Part shown: one piece after another, positions 50,690-59,459 of the stretch | Numbering within the stretch: the stretch's first letter is position 1 | Layout: every line of letters begins with the position of its first letter | Position numbers and translations under genes: made by a program | The notes under the pieces: generated by a model | What the model was told of the DNA's origin: nothing | What the model saw: only the letters and a program-made list of their open reading frames with translations | The model's database searches: none | From: Escherichia phage UE-S1 | Strand: one strand, 5' to 3' | Sequence record: ON568341.1 | Length of the DNA stretch: 64,000 nt

Positions 50690-51529
50690 ATGACAAATAG
50701 ACCAAAGCGTAAAAAGTATCTCAATAATGCTGATTTACTTCGTGAAATACAAAAAAGTAAGATTTCATATTGCTGGTTATTAGACAAATCATATAGTATG
50801 TATGATTATATCGTTTTTCATGAGTCAGAAATTACTGCTGAGTTACTTGAAAAAGCAAAAGCAGCACGAATTAAACGACTTAACAATGAAATGCTTGATA
50901 GTATTCGTGCAAAGGAAAATATGAGTGCTAAAAAAGCGAAAGAATATGCAGAAGAAAATAATCTAGTTATTACTGATGTTCCAATTGATGAAGTAGTTAT
51001 TCGTGTTATTACAGATGAACACATCCCACCAGATACTAGAGTTAATTTTGAACCTTTCAAACATTATATCGTAGATAATGAAGGTATTCTTTATGAAGTA
51101 TGTCGCTCTCATTGGAAAGGTGACCTTGAATCTGGGGAATTTAGTACTGTTCATGGTAAAATAACAAATGAACTAGGGAAAATGTTCATTAAACTAGCAG
51201 AGGAAATCTCACATAAATCTAACTATAGAAACTATACATACTTAGATGAAATGATGGGTGATGCAAGAATACAATTAGTTAAAAATGCACTTCTCTTTAA
51301 AGAGAGTATTCTTTATAAAAAAGACAAACCCGCTGTACAACTAAATCCTTTCTCTTACTATACATCATTCGTAAACAATAGTTTTCGTTCAATTTTGAAT
51401 AGTGAGAAAAATGTTCGAAATATACGTGATGATTTACTTGAAATGCATGGCTTTACACCATCACATACACGTCAAATTGAAATTGAATTGAACATGATTG
51501 AAAGGAAAAATGAAGATGGCACTGTTTGA
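50690..51529 (+). CDS. gp55-like late-transcription sigma factor with an internal insertion
   Basis: YLNNADLLREIQKSK resembles the T4 gp55 N-terminus; distal segments GKMFIKLAEEIS and FSYYTSFVNNSFRSIL resemble gp55 core regions (from memory); GGAGAG ribosome-binding site. Confidence 0.5.
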   Translation: MTNRPKRKKYLNNADLLREIQKSKISYCWLLDKSYSMYDYIVFHESEITAELLEKAKAARIKRLNNEMLDSIRAKENMSAKKAKEYAEENNLVITDVPIDEVVIRVITDEHIPPDTRVNFEPFKHYIVDNEGILYEVCRSHWKGDLESGEFSTVHGKITNELGKMFIKLAEEISHKSNYRNYTYLDEMMGDARIQLVKNALLFKESILYKKDKPAVQLNPFSYYTSFVNNSFRSILNSEKNVRNIRDDLLEMHGFTPSHTRQIEIELNMIERKNEDGTV

Positions 51530-52547
51530 TAAAGCAATTACATTCACTGATATCCATTTAGGTTTAAAGAATAACAGCAAGCAGCACAATGAAGATTGTT
51601 TAAACTTCATTAAATTTATGATTGATGTAGCTAAAAAAAATAATATTAAATTTTGTGTTTTTATGGGTGATTATTTTCACAATAGAAGTAATATAAATAT
51701 CCAAACACTAAACTATGGTTTACAAATACTTCAATTACTAAATGATAATTTTGAAAAAGTTTATTTTCTAGTTGGGAACCATGATATGTATCACAAAAAC
51801 AAACGTGATATAACAAGTATCAACATGGCCCAAGTTTATGAAAATATAGAATTCATAAACGAAATTACAACGATTGATGATTGTACTTTTATTCCTTTCA
51901 TGATTGAAGATGAATATAAGTTGTTACCACAACTAAAAAGTAAGTATGTTTTTGGACACCTAGAATTACCAGGTTACTTACTTAACAAAATGGTCGAAAT
52001 GCCCGACCATGGTAAAGAAACAGAGGGTTCTTTTGGTGGTTGTGAGTATGTTTTTAGTGGGCATTTTCATAAGAGACAATCAAAAACAACATCAAAGGGA
52101 ACTCGTGTAGTTTATACTGGTAATTGTTTCCCACATAATTTTTCCGATACATGGGATGATGCAAGAGGTGTGATGATTTTAGAACATGGAAAAGAACCAA
52201 TTTTCAATTCTTGGACAGAAGCACCAAAATATAGAACATTTACACTTTCAGAACTTTTGACTGACCCAAGTTATTATCTTCAAGAGAATACAATTTCAAA
52301 GGTTCAAGTTGATATTGCGATAACTACAGATGAAATTAGTTTTATTCGTGATACTTTCACTAAACTTTATAACATACGTGAATTTAACGTAGTTACTAGT
52401 AAACAAAGTATATCAGAATTGATTGAAGATGGTAAAAGCTTTGAAAGTACTGAGTCAGTTGATGAGATTGTTTTACAACAAATTATGGAAATTGATTCAC
52501 CAATGTTCGATAAAAATCTTCTAATCCAAATTTACAGATCGCTATAA
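51516..52547 (+). CDS. Mre11/SbcD-family nuclease (T4 gp47-like)
   Basis: Calcineurin-like phosphoesterase motifs (TDIHLG, GDYFHN, GNHDM, GHLE, GHFH); start chosen at the ATG with an AGGAAA ribosome-binding site. Confidence 0.75.
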   Translation: MALFDKAITFTDIHLGLKNNSKQHNEDCLNFIKFMIDVAKKNNIKFCVFMGDYFHNRSNINIQTLNYGLQILQLLNDNFEKVYFLVGNHDMYHKNKRDITSINMAQVYENIEFINEITTIDDCTFIPFMIEDEYKLLPQLKSKYVFGHLELPGYLLNKMVEMPDHGKETEGSFGGCEYVFSGHFHKRQSKTTSKGTRVVYTGNCFPHNFSDTWDDARGVMILEHGKEPIFNSWTEAPKYRTFTLSELLTDPSYYLQENTISKVQVDIAITTDEISFIRDTFTKLYNIREFNVVTSKQSISELIEDGKSFESTESVDEIVLQQIMEIDSPMFDKNLLIQIYRSL

Positions 52548-52555
52548 GGGAATAT

Positions 52556-54703
52556 ATGCTAAACATTACACGTATATCAATGAGGAACTTCTTTTCATTT
52601 GGGAACGCACCACAATCAATAGAATTGAATAGTTCTGATATTTCATTAGTTCTTGGGCAAAATAATGATGCAGTTATTGAAGGTGGTGATAGCACTGGAC
52701 GACGAAATGGAGTAGGGAAAAGTGCTATTATTCAAGGATTAGTTTTTGGCTTATTTGGGAAAAGTATTGGTAATGATATTAAAATTCCCAACCTAGTCAA
52801 CAAAACTAATGGCAAAAATTGTGAAGTAGTTATAGAGTTTGAAAAAGATGGTGTGCAATATATAGTTGAGCGTGGGAGAAGTCCTACGTATTTCAATTTT
52901 ATCACATTAGGAAAAGATAATAAGATTGAAGATGAATCGAGAGGTGAAAAAAAAGACACACAAGAAGATTTGAATGAAATTCTTGGAATATCTCAATTAT
53001 TATTTGAACATATTGTAGTTCTTAATGCGAACGTAGAACCGTTTTTGGCTTTATCATCTCAAAAACAACGTGATATGATAGAAGAACTTCTTGGAATAAC
53101 ACAGTTGACTGAAAAAGCTGAAATTCTAAAGGAGATGTACAAGGATACTAAACGTTTAGCCGAACAAGAAAAGTTCAAAAATGAAACTGTGGCTGCAAGC
53201 AATGAACGCATTCAAAAAAGTATTGAAGTACTTCAAGAACAGGCTAACCAATTTGAGATTGATAAAAGTAATAGAGTATCTAAGCTAAATGAAGAGTTGA
53301 ATATATATAAAACTTTAGATTTCAATGATCTCTACCAAGCTGCTGAAGAGAAAGAGAAAGCTCTTATTCATAACGCAAAGCGTGGTGAAATTGAACGCCG
53401 TGTACAAGAGTTGGCTTTAAAATATGATGCTTATGAACGTGAACTTGAAACGTCCAAGCGAGTGTTAAATCTAAGCATTGATAATTTAAAAACGATTGAT
53501 ATTAGTTCGGAATTGGAAAATCACAAGGAGTTGGAAATATGGAAACAGTTAGAGGCTATTCTTAAAGAGAATAATAATCAAAAACGTTTCAAAGAACAAA
53601 AGCTCAACTCACTAAAAGTTGCGTTGAATGGATATAAATGTTCAATTAATACTGAAATCGATAAATTATCAACAGTTGAAAGCAGTAAATGTCCACTTTG
53701 TATGTCTGATTTGGAACATAACGAACATACATCTTCAATTAAAGACAAAATTCAAAGTTCTATTAGTGATCTTCAAACCAAAATTGATAGTTCTTCTTCA
53801 GAAATTGAAACATTACTTAAAGAAATTGAGAGTATTGAGATTTTTGATATGCCACCTAAACCAGTGACATACTATAATACACTTTCAGAAGCACAAATGC
53901 ATGAACATAAGCTTCAAGAACTGATTAAAAAGAGCGAAGAAGAACCAATAAACATCTATGCTAACGAACTTATGTCATCATATGATGAACTTAACTCATA
54001 TGAACTAATGGAAGTACCAGATACATTAAACAAGTACGAAGTTAAAGAGCTAGAAATGACCGTAAGCTCGTTATCACAGCAATTAGAACGTGAATTGAAG
54101 ACTACTAACACTTTTATTAGCCAAATTAACACCCTTAAGACAGATTCTTTAGTTACAATAGACTATAGTGACTATAATAATCTTGATAAAATGTCAAATC
54201 ACCAAGATTTTTTGGTTAAATTACTATTGAACAAGGATTCTTATGTCCGTAAGCGTATTATTGAGCAAAATATCTCATATTTGAATACACGACTTCAGTA
54301 TTATATCGATATGTGCGGTTCTGAGCACAATGTTGTCTTTTTGAATGATTTGAGTGTTGAAATTGAGAAAAGTGGGCAGTACTTTGACTATAAACAGCTT
54401 AGTAGGGGTGAGCGTACAAGGGTAAACATCGCATTATCTTGTGCTTTCCGTGATACATATGAGTCATTATACCAAAGTATTAATATTCTTATCATTGATG
54501 AGATGATTGACCAAGGTCTTGACTCAAGTGGTGTTCTACGTGTGTGGTCTATCTTCCAAGATATGGCTGCTGTACGTGGTAAGAATGTTTATGCTATTTC
54601 CCACAGAGAAGAGTTACTTTCTAAGACTGAAAAAATCCTCAAAGTTGTTAAAGAGGACGGATTCAGTACTGTTGAATATGCAACTCTTGATGATGTTTTC
54701 TAA
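52556..54703 (+). CDS. Rad50/SbcC-family ATPase (T4 gp46-like)
   Basis: P-loop NGVGKSAI, coiled-coil middle with CPLC zinc-hook motif, signature LSRGERTRV, Walker B ILIIDEM. Confidence 0.8.
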   Translation: MLNITRISMRNFFSFGNAPQSIELNSSDISLVLGQNNDAVIEGGDSTGRRNGVGKSAIIQGLVFGLFGKSIGNDIKIPNLVNKTNGKNCEVVIEFEKDGVQYIVERGRSPTYFNFITLGKDNKIEDESRGEKKDTQEDLNEILGISQLLFEHIVVLNANVEPFLALSSQKQRDMIEELLGITQLTEKAEILKEMYKDTKRLAEQEKFKNETVAASNERIQKSIEVLQEQANQFEIDKSNRVSKLNEELNIYKTLDFNDLYQAAEEKEKALIHNAKRGEIERRVQELALKYDAYERELETSKRVLNLSIDNLKTIDISSELENHKELEIWKQLEAILKENNNQKRFKEQKLNSLKVALNGYKCSINTEIDKLSTVESSKCPLCMSDLEHNEHTSSIKDKIQSSISDLQTKIDSSSSEIETLLKEIESIEIFDMPPKPVTYYNTLSEAQMHEHKLQELIKKSEEEPINIYANELMSSYDELNSYELMEVPDTLNKYEVKELEMTVSSLSQQLERELKTTNTFISQINTLKTDSLVTIDYSDYNNLDKMSNHQDFLVKLLLNKDSYVRKRIIEQNISYLNTRLQYYIDMCGSEHNVVFLNDLSVEIEKSGQYFDYKQLSRGERTRVNIALSCAFRDTYESLYQSINILIIDEMIDQGLDSSGVLRVWSIFQDMAAVRGKNVYAISHREELLSKTEKILKVVKEDGFSTVEYATLDDVF

Positions 54704-54711
54704 TTAAAAGA

Positions 54712-54740
54712 TAAAGGGAGCCTTAGCTCCCTTTTTTTAC
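54712..54740. terminator. Bidirectional rho-independent terminator overlapping the 3' end of the minus-strand gene
   Basis: AAGGGAGC-ctta-GCTCCCTT hairpin followed by T7. Confidence 0.6.
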
Positions 54741-55214
54741 ATCAACCATATTTAATTTACCGTCCTTAATCAGCTTTCTAGCTTGTTTTGCACGAGTAGT
54801 AGTGTTACTGCCAGGGACAACTCCGAACCCTTCCAGAATCTCGTTTTGCTGCGTTGCTGGGAGCCTTTTAAATTTATTAGTATCCACTGTTAGTGCCGTG
54901 TGATGTATAACTTGCTCTTCTGGTGGAATATTATTGTTCTTTTCAAGGTAGTCAGCAAGGTTGCGTAGTACTTCATGCAATGGCTTATCTGTTAAATGAC
55001 TAAGACAGCGTTTAAATGAATTTGCAACCCTTCCTTCCCATCCATTCACCTCATTTTGAAGAACCTGTCTACAATGTTGATTTCCACCATGATAGTGATC
55101 CAGAACTGGTTTAGTTATTTTTATGCCTATGATGGGGTCAATGCCATTTTGTTTATTTAGCAATTCAGTTCGATAGTTTGCAGCATCCTTACTATCTTTT
55201 AATCTTTTTTTCAT
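54723..55214 (-). CDS. Endonuclease VII-like His-Me finger nuclease (candidate junction resolvase)
   Basis: LDHYHGGNQHCRQVLQNEVNGWEGR resembles the T4 endonuclease VII HNH-like core as I recall it. Confidence 0.45.
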   Translation of the reverse strand: MKKRLKDSKDAANYRTELLNKQNGIDPIIGIKITKPVLDHYHGGNQHCRQVLQNEVNGWEGRVANSFKRCLSHLTDKPLHEVLRNLADYLEKNNNIPPEEQVIHHTALTVDTNKFKRLPATQQNEILEGFGVVPGSNTTTRAKQARKLIKDGKLNMVDVKKGS

Positions 55215-55305
55215 AATTCCTCACCAAACTATTTGTCATCACAATATTTATAGATTAGTTATTTGCAATATTTTAAGTACTTAATGAATATTTTATAAAA
55301 ATAGT

Positions 55306-55333
55306 GAGACAACTTTAAAATTTGTGCTATAAT
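55306..55333 (+). promoter_or_regulatory. Sigma70-like promoter: GAGACA, 16-nt spacer, TGcTATAAT, firing into a non-coding block
   Basis: GTGAGACAACT plus TGCTATAAT; near-identical architecture to the promoter at 5766-5793. Confidence 0.45.
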
Positions 55334-55339
55334 ATTTGT

Positions 55340-55787
55340 TGTAGTAATGACAATCCTGTTGAATGCAGAAATGCATATAAATGAGAACCTGATCCTATCG
55401 AAAATGTAGATGGCAGATGAGCAGTTCAACAGTGCGATGAGCAGAAGAAACCCGTCAGATGTGGGCATAGTTTGAACCCCTCACGGCAATGCGGCTCAAT
55501 AAAGAACTCCGATAAGCATACAGAGAGTTCCTAGATAGACATATAAGGATCGCACCTTACCAGATTTGCTAAGGGAGTTTATTAAGTGATTTTAATAAAC
55601 AGCCTGAAGTTTGATTGTATAGACTTTCAGGTGAGTGTCAGGATGATTAAGACTGACGACCGTTGCATATGACCGTGATAGGGAGAAACCGAGCAACCCG
55701 CTTCCGTTTGCGATTGATCTTTTTACAATATAGATCCGTCCAAAATTCACGATACAATAAATGCTGAAACCATCAGCGTCAAGAAAT
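55340..55787 (+). ncRNA. Candidate ~450-nt structured non-coding RNA of unknown class
   Basis: Bounded by promoter 55306-55333 and terminator 55787-55810; visibly more G+C-rich than flanks; only short ORFs; local inverted repeats. Confidence 0.3.
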
Positions 55788-55810
55788 AGAGACTTCATTG
55801 TCTCTTTTTT
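55787..55810 (+). terminator. Rho-independent terminator ending the candidate ncRNA
   Basis: TAGAGAC-ttcatt-GTCTCT hairpin followed by T5. Confidence 0.4.
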
Positions 55811-56017
55811 ATTGTCTTCATTCCCCTGCGGGGGGATGAAAATGTCCTCAACAAATCCCGTCAAGTATTAAATCTTTTAAAGTTCTTTATAATTAATTTA
55901 ATGAAATGAATATGAGTTACGTAGTAACGAATATTCTTCAGCTAACGAATGAAATGAGTTAGATGAATCCAATAATATTAAAATTAATTCTTCCATAATT
56001 CAATTCAAATAATTCTG

Positions 56018-56046
56018 TAGTTTAATGAAAAAAAAAACCAGCAACA
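56018..56046 (-). terminator. Rho-independent terminator downstream of the 56067-57112 minus-strand genes
   Basis: CCAGCA-caatgt-GCTGG hairpin followed on the minus strand by T10. Confidence 0.6.
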
Positions 56047-56066
56047 ATGTGCTGGTCGTGTGGGAT

Positions 56067-56276
56067 TTAGTGCTTCTCGTTTTGTTTTTTAATTTTTTTA
56101 TTAAAAGACTTAACTAATAAGTCTCTATCTATTAATGGCATATTAAGAAGTGTTCCGTAATCAATATTATCCATATACACAGAACACTCCATTAGTGCAT
56201 TTTTGATTTCTGACTTATTCAGTTCTATCTCCTTCAGTACTTCTTGTATTTCTTCAGGAGATGACTGGAGAAGCAT
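56067..56276 (-). CDS. Small hypothetical protein
   Basis: 69-aa ORF whose start overlaps the upstream stop by 1 nt. Confidence 0.45.
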   Translation of the reverse strand: MLLQSSPEEIQEVLKEIELNKSEIKNALMECSVYMDNIDYGTLLNMPLIDRDLLVKSFNKKIKKQNEKH

Positions 56277-57112
56277 TACTCGAAAAAATGACTAGGATCA
56301 TATTTTAGTCCATCAATTTCCCATTGATGATTACATCCATCACACTCAACTTCCATACTATGCGATACTCCAATTTCAAGTACTTCATCCATTTTTTCAC
56401 GAATTAGTTTAAGAACTCCTTTTGATTGTTGTCCAAGCCACTCATTAATGAATTCTTTTTCAACTACTTCATCACCATCTGGAGTGATGATTTTTGCAAT
56501 AACTCCACCAATCATATCAAAGTTTAGTTGTGCCATATTTTCAAATACTTCAGAAAATATTTTTACTTTTTCGTCTTGTTCAATCTCAGCAGTTTCTAGA
56601 AACTTAGTTTTCTGCTGCTCACTGAACATACGCTCAGCAAACGATGAATATTCTTTCCATGTTAGTGGTCTAAACTCTAAACGTAGTCCATTATCTAAAT
56701 CAATAGATGGGATTTCTTCGAATGCTTGTGCAGTTTCAAGAAGATATGATAGATTACGTTCAAAACGACCTTCTTTTTCACATTCAGGACATACAGCGTT
56801 AATATCATATGTTTCTTCTTTAGATGCAACTTTAATAGCAATAAGAAGCATTTCAACGTCATTTACATATAACTCATCAGCATCAATAACATTAGGAACA
56901 CAGTTTTCAATGACACGTGATACTGCATCGCCGTTTAGTAACATATCTGGTGTATTGAGTGTCATTTCATCACGTGCACTACGTGCACAAACGCCACATT
57001 TGACACCTTTTGGACCTAAAACTCCGTCTTTATAAGGAATAATGCCGTTAGTAACTAATTTTGTACTGATCTCTTCAATTTTAGTGTACTTAGCAAGTGG
57101 ATTCATAGCCAT
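56276..57112 (-). CDS. Cys-cluster protein (putative zinc-binding), possibly a baseplate hub or assembly component
   Basis: 278 aa with CGVC, CPEC and CDGC pairs; divergent from the head-module operon. Confidence 0.5.
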   Translation of the reverse strand: MAMNPLAKYTKIEEISTKLVTNGIIPYKDGVLGPKGVKCGVCARSARDEMTLNTPDMLLNGDAVSRVIENCVPNVIDADELYVNDVEMLLIAIKVASKEETYDINAVCPECEKEGRFERNLSYLLETAQAFEEIPSIDLDNGLRLEFRPLTWKEYSSFAERMFSEQQKTKFLETAEIEQDEKVKIFSEVFENMAQLNFDMIGGVIAKIITPDGDEVVEKEFINEWLGQQSKGVLKLIREKMDEVLEIGVSHSMEVECDGCNHQWEIDGLKYDPSHFFE

Positions 57113-57203
57113 TTTTGTTAAATCTCCATGTAATAAATGTGTTTATAGTATTTATGACCCCAATAAAAATTAAATAAACCATTTTTTATAATCACAATAG
57201 TTT

Positions 57204-57211
57204 TATAAATA
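57204..57211 (+). promoter_or_regulatory. T4 late-promoter-like TATAAATA box
   Basis: Exact TATAAATA 33 nt upstream of the 57244 start. Confidence 0.4.
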
Positions 57212-57243
57212 TTTCTATAATACATTTATTAAAAGGGAATGTT

Positions 57244-59448
57244 ATGGCTGGAAATACAAGTGATTACCTACTCCAGCAGTTGGTTAATCAAACTAAAGAT
57301 AACAACGATAGTTTGAGTGCTATACGTGAGTTATTGGCTGAAAATATAAAAAATGACAGAAAGAAGTCTGGTTCTAAAAGTGGAAAACGCAATAGTAGCA
57401 ATTCATCAAGTACTGGAAATCGTGGTTCACGAACTAGTAACAAGAGTGCTGATGGTAAAGAATTTGGTAAAATATTCAAATCATTATCATCGGAAGTATC
57501 AAATGTTGGTAAAACTATGATGAGCACTTCTGCAAATGTTAGTAATGTTGTCAATTCAATGGGAATGAGTGCATCTTCATTTGCTGGAACATTGTCAATG
57601 ATTCCTGGTCCTGTTGGTGCAGCAGCAACTGCTTTTAAATTGGTCGCTGACGTTGGTATGGCAGTATATAATGTATTAAACGCACAACTTGAAGTTTATA
57701 ATAGAATAAACAGTGCTGGTGTTGCCCTATCTGAAGGTTATGGTTCCATATTAAAAGGTGCAGGTGCATCAATGATGAGTGTTGATGCATTTGGTGAAGC
57801 ATTACAAACACATAGTTCTGTTGTTGCACAATTGGATGGAGCATATGGTGATGGTGTTTCTACCTTTGGTAAATTATTGGGTACTGTACAACAGGCACAA
57901 AATCAATTAGGCTTATATGGAGTATCACAGAAAACATTAACTGATTTAACTGCACGTAATATTAAATTCCAAAAGCAATTTGGTGGAAGAGAAATGTTAC
58001 GTAGTATGGATCAAGCAAAAAGCACTGAACAGTTTATTATGAGCATGACTAAGTTCAGTAAAAGTATGGGTGAATCAGTTGATGCACTATTAAATAAAAC
58101 ACAAAACTTAGATAAATCATTAGACACACGTTCAATGCAAATAGCATTACAAAACTATTCTGGATTATCTGGTAAAGCAGCGGTTGAAACATCAAAAGCA
58201 TTTAACGAAGCTGCTGCAAGTATGGGTGATGCGGGTGCTGATTTTCTACGTTTGATTTCACATCGTTTGACGATTGGTGGTGTACCAGATGATTTATTGA
58301 CTCCAGTACTTAATCAATTCGCCGACTTAGGTGAGAACTTGGTACGTAGTGGCGTTACTGATTCACAAGAAATTCGTCGCCAGCAGATAGAATTTGTTAA
58401 AAAGAACAAAGAATTAATAAAGCAAGATTTATTACATCAGATTAATTTAGGAAACACTACTGCTGCAATCTTCAACCAACAACTGCTTGATATGGAAGCT
58501 GCGATAAACGATCCTAAGAGTCAACCAGCAGATAAACTAACACAATTCACTGATAGATTCAATAGATGGATTAGTAAAGAATTTTCTGCACCATTTAATA
58601 AAATGTACGCAGATACTCAAAATTCTATTGCCGATTACCTTACTGATATTGCTGATCGAACCGATGGTGCATGGGAGTTTATTGGTCAGTTAGCACTTGA
58701 TGGGTTTGGTTTAGTTCCAATTGCGAAAGATGCAGTTGCGTATTTGGATAGGATTGGTGGTGAGTTTGAGCAGTGGTTAGAAGGTTTAGGTACTGAAATT
58801 TTTGGTAGTGGATACAATAAAGTTTCAGAATCATTTAATAATTTCATGAATAACTTAATGGATTTACCTGGTAAATTATGGGATTCAGTCAAAGGTTGGT
58901 TTGGTGGTTCAAGTGATAAAGTAAAAGTTGATAATAACCCTGTTACTGATGGTGCTGAAAAAGTTAACAGCTACTTCGAAGAAAAAATGAATTCATTTGG
59001 TGATTATATTTCTAATTCATTTGATCATTTTTTAAAATGGAATTCAAGCAGGAACTTCAAACAGCCCAAACCATTAGATGAATCTGTAGCAGAAAAACTT
59101 ATTAGTAGTGGTCTTGAAAATAAACCAAGTGCAACTGCTAGAATAGAAAAATCTGAACATGTTGCACCTTATGTTACTATTACTCCTAAAACATTCGATA
59201 AATCAGCATGGGGTCCGAATGAACCACCGATTCAAGCACAACCTGACGATTATGAGTCAATGAAAGCGATGATAAATAATGGTAGTAGTATGGCAAATGC
59301 TAATAATAATGCCACAATTTCAGAAGACATGAAAGAATTACTTAAAAAACTTGCTGATGTTAACGAGCAATCCCTATCTGCTGTACAACAGACAAATAAC
59401 TATCTAAGAACTATCTCTGAAAACACTCAAGGTGAGAGAAACAGTTAA
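57244..59448 (+). CDS. Hypothetical virion protein (Ser/Asn/Gly-rich; possibly an internal or tail-associated protein)
   Basis: 734-aa ORF directly upstream of the portal-like gene; no catalytic motif recognised. Confidence 0.45.
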   Translation: MAGNTSDYLLQQLVNQTKDNNDSLSAIRELLAENIKNDRKKSGSKSGKRNSSNSSSTGNRGSRTSNKSADGKEFGKIFKSLSSEVSNVGKTMMSTSANVSNVVNSMGMSASSFAGTLSMIPGPVGAAATAFKLVADVGMAVYNVLNAQLEVYNRINSAGVALSEGYGSILKGAGASMMSVDAFGEALQTHSSVVAQLDGAYGDGVSTFGKLLGTVQQAQNQLGLYGVSQKTLTDLTARNIKFQKQFGGREMLRSMDQAKSTEQFIMSMTKFSKSMGESVDALLNKTQNLDKSLDTRSMQIALQNYSGLSGKAAVETSKAFNEAAASMGDAGADFLRLISHRLTIGGVPDDLLTPVLNQFADLGENLVRSGVTDSQEIRRQQIEFVKKNKELIKQDLLHQINLGNTTAAIFNQQLLDMEAAINDPKSQPADKLTQFTDRFNRWISKEFSAPFNKMYADTQNSIADYLTDIADRTDGAWEFIGQLALDGFGLVPIAKDAVAYLDRIGGEFEQWLEGLGTEIFGSGYNKVSESFNNFMNNLMDLPGKLWDSVKGWFGGSSDKVKVDNNPVTDGAEKVNSYFEEKMNSFGDYISNSFDHFLKWNSSRNFKQPKPLDESVAEKLISSGLENKPSATARIEKSEHVAPYVTITPKTFDKSAWGPNEPPIQAQPDDYESMKAMINNGSSMANANNNATISEDMKELLKKLADVNEQSLSAVQQTNNYLRTISENTQGERNS

Positions 59449-59459
59449 GGACGAAAATA

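Noticed and set aside
55259-55864. Short minus-strand ORFs (55259-55468 and 55592-55864) as protein genes
   Set aside because: No convincing ribosome-binding sites, composition unlike neighbouring genes, and the region is better explained as a plus-strand promoter-to-terminator RNA unit
55220-56066. tRNA genes or a CRISPR array in the non-coding block
   Set aside because: No GTTC[GA]A T-loop with flanking complementary stems found on either strand; no spaced direct repeats
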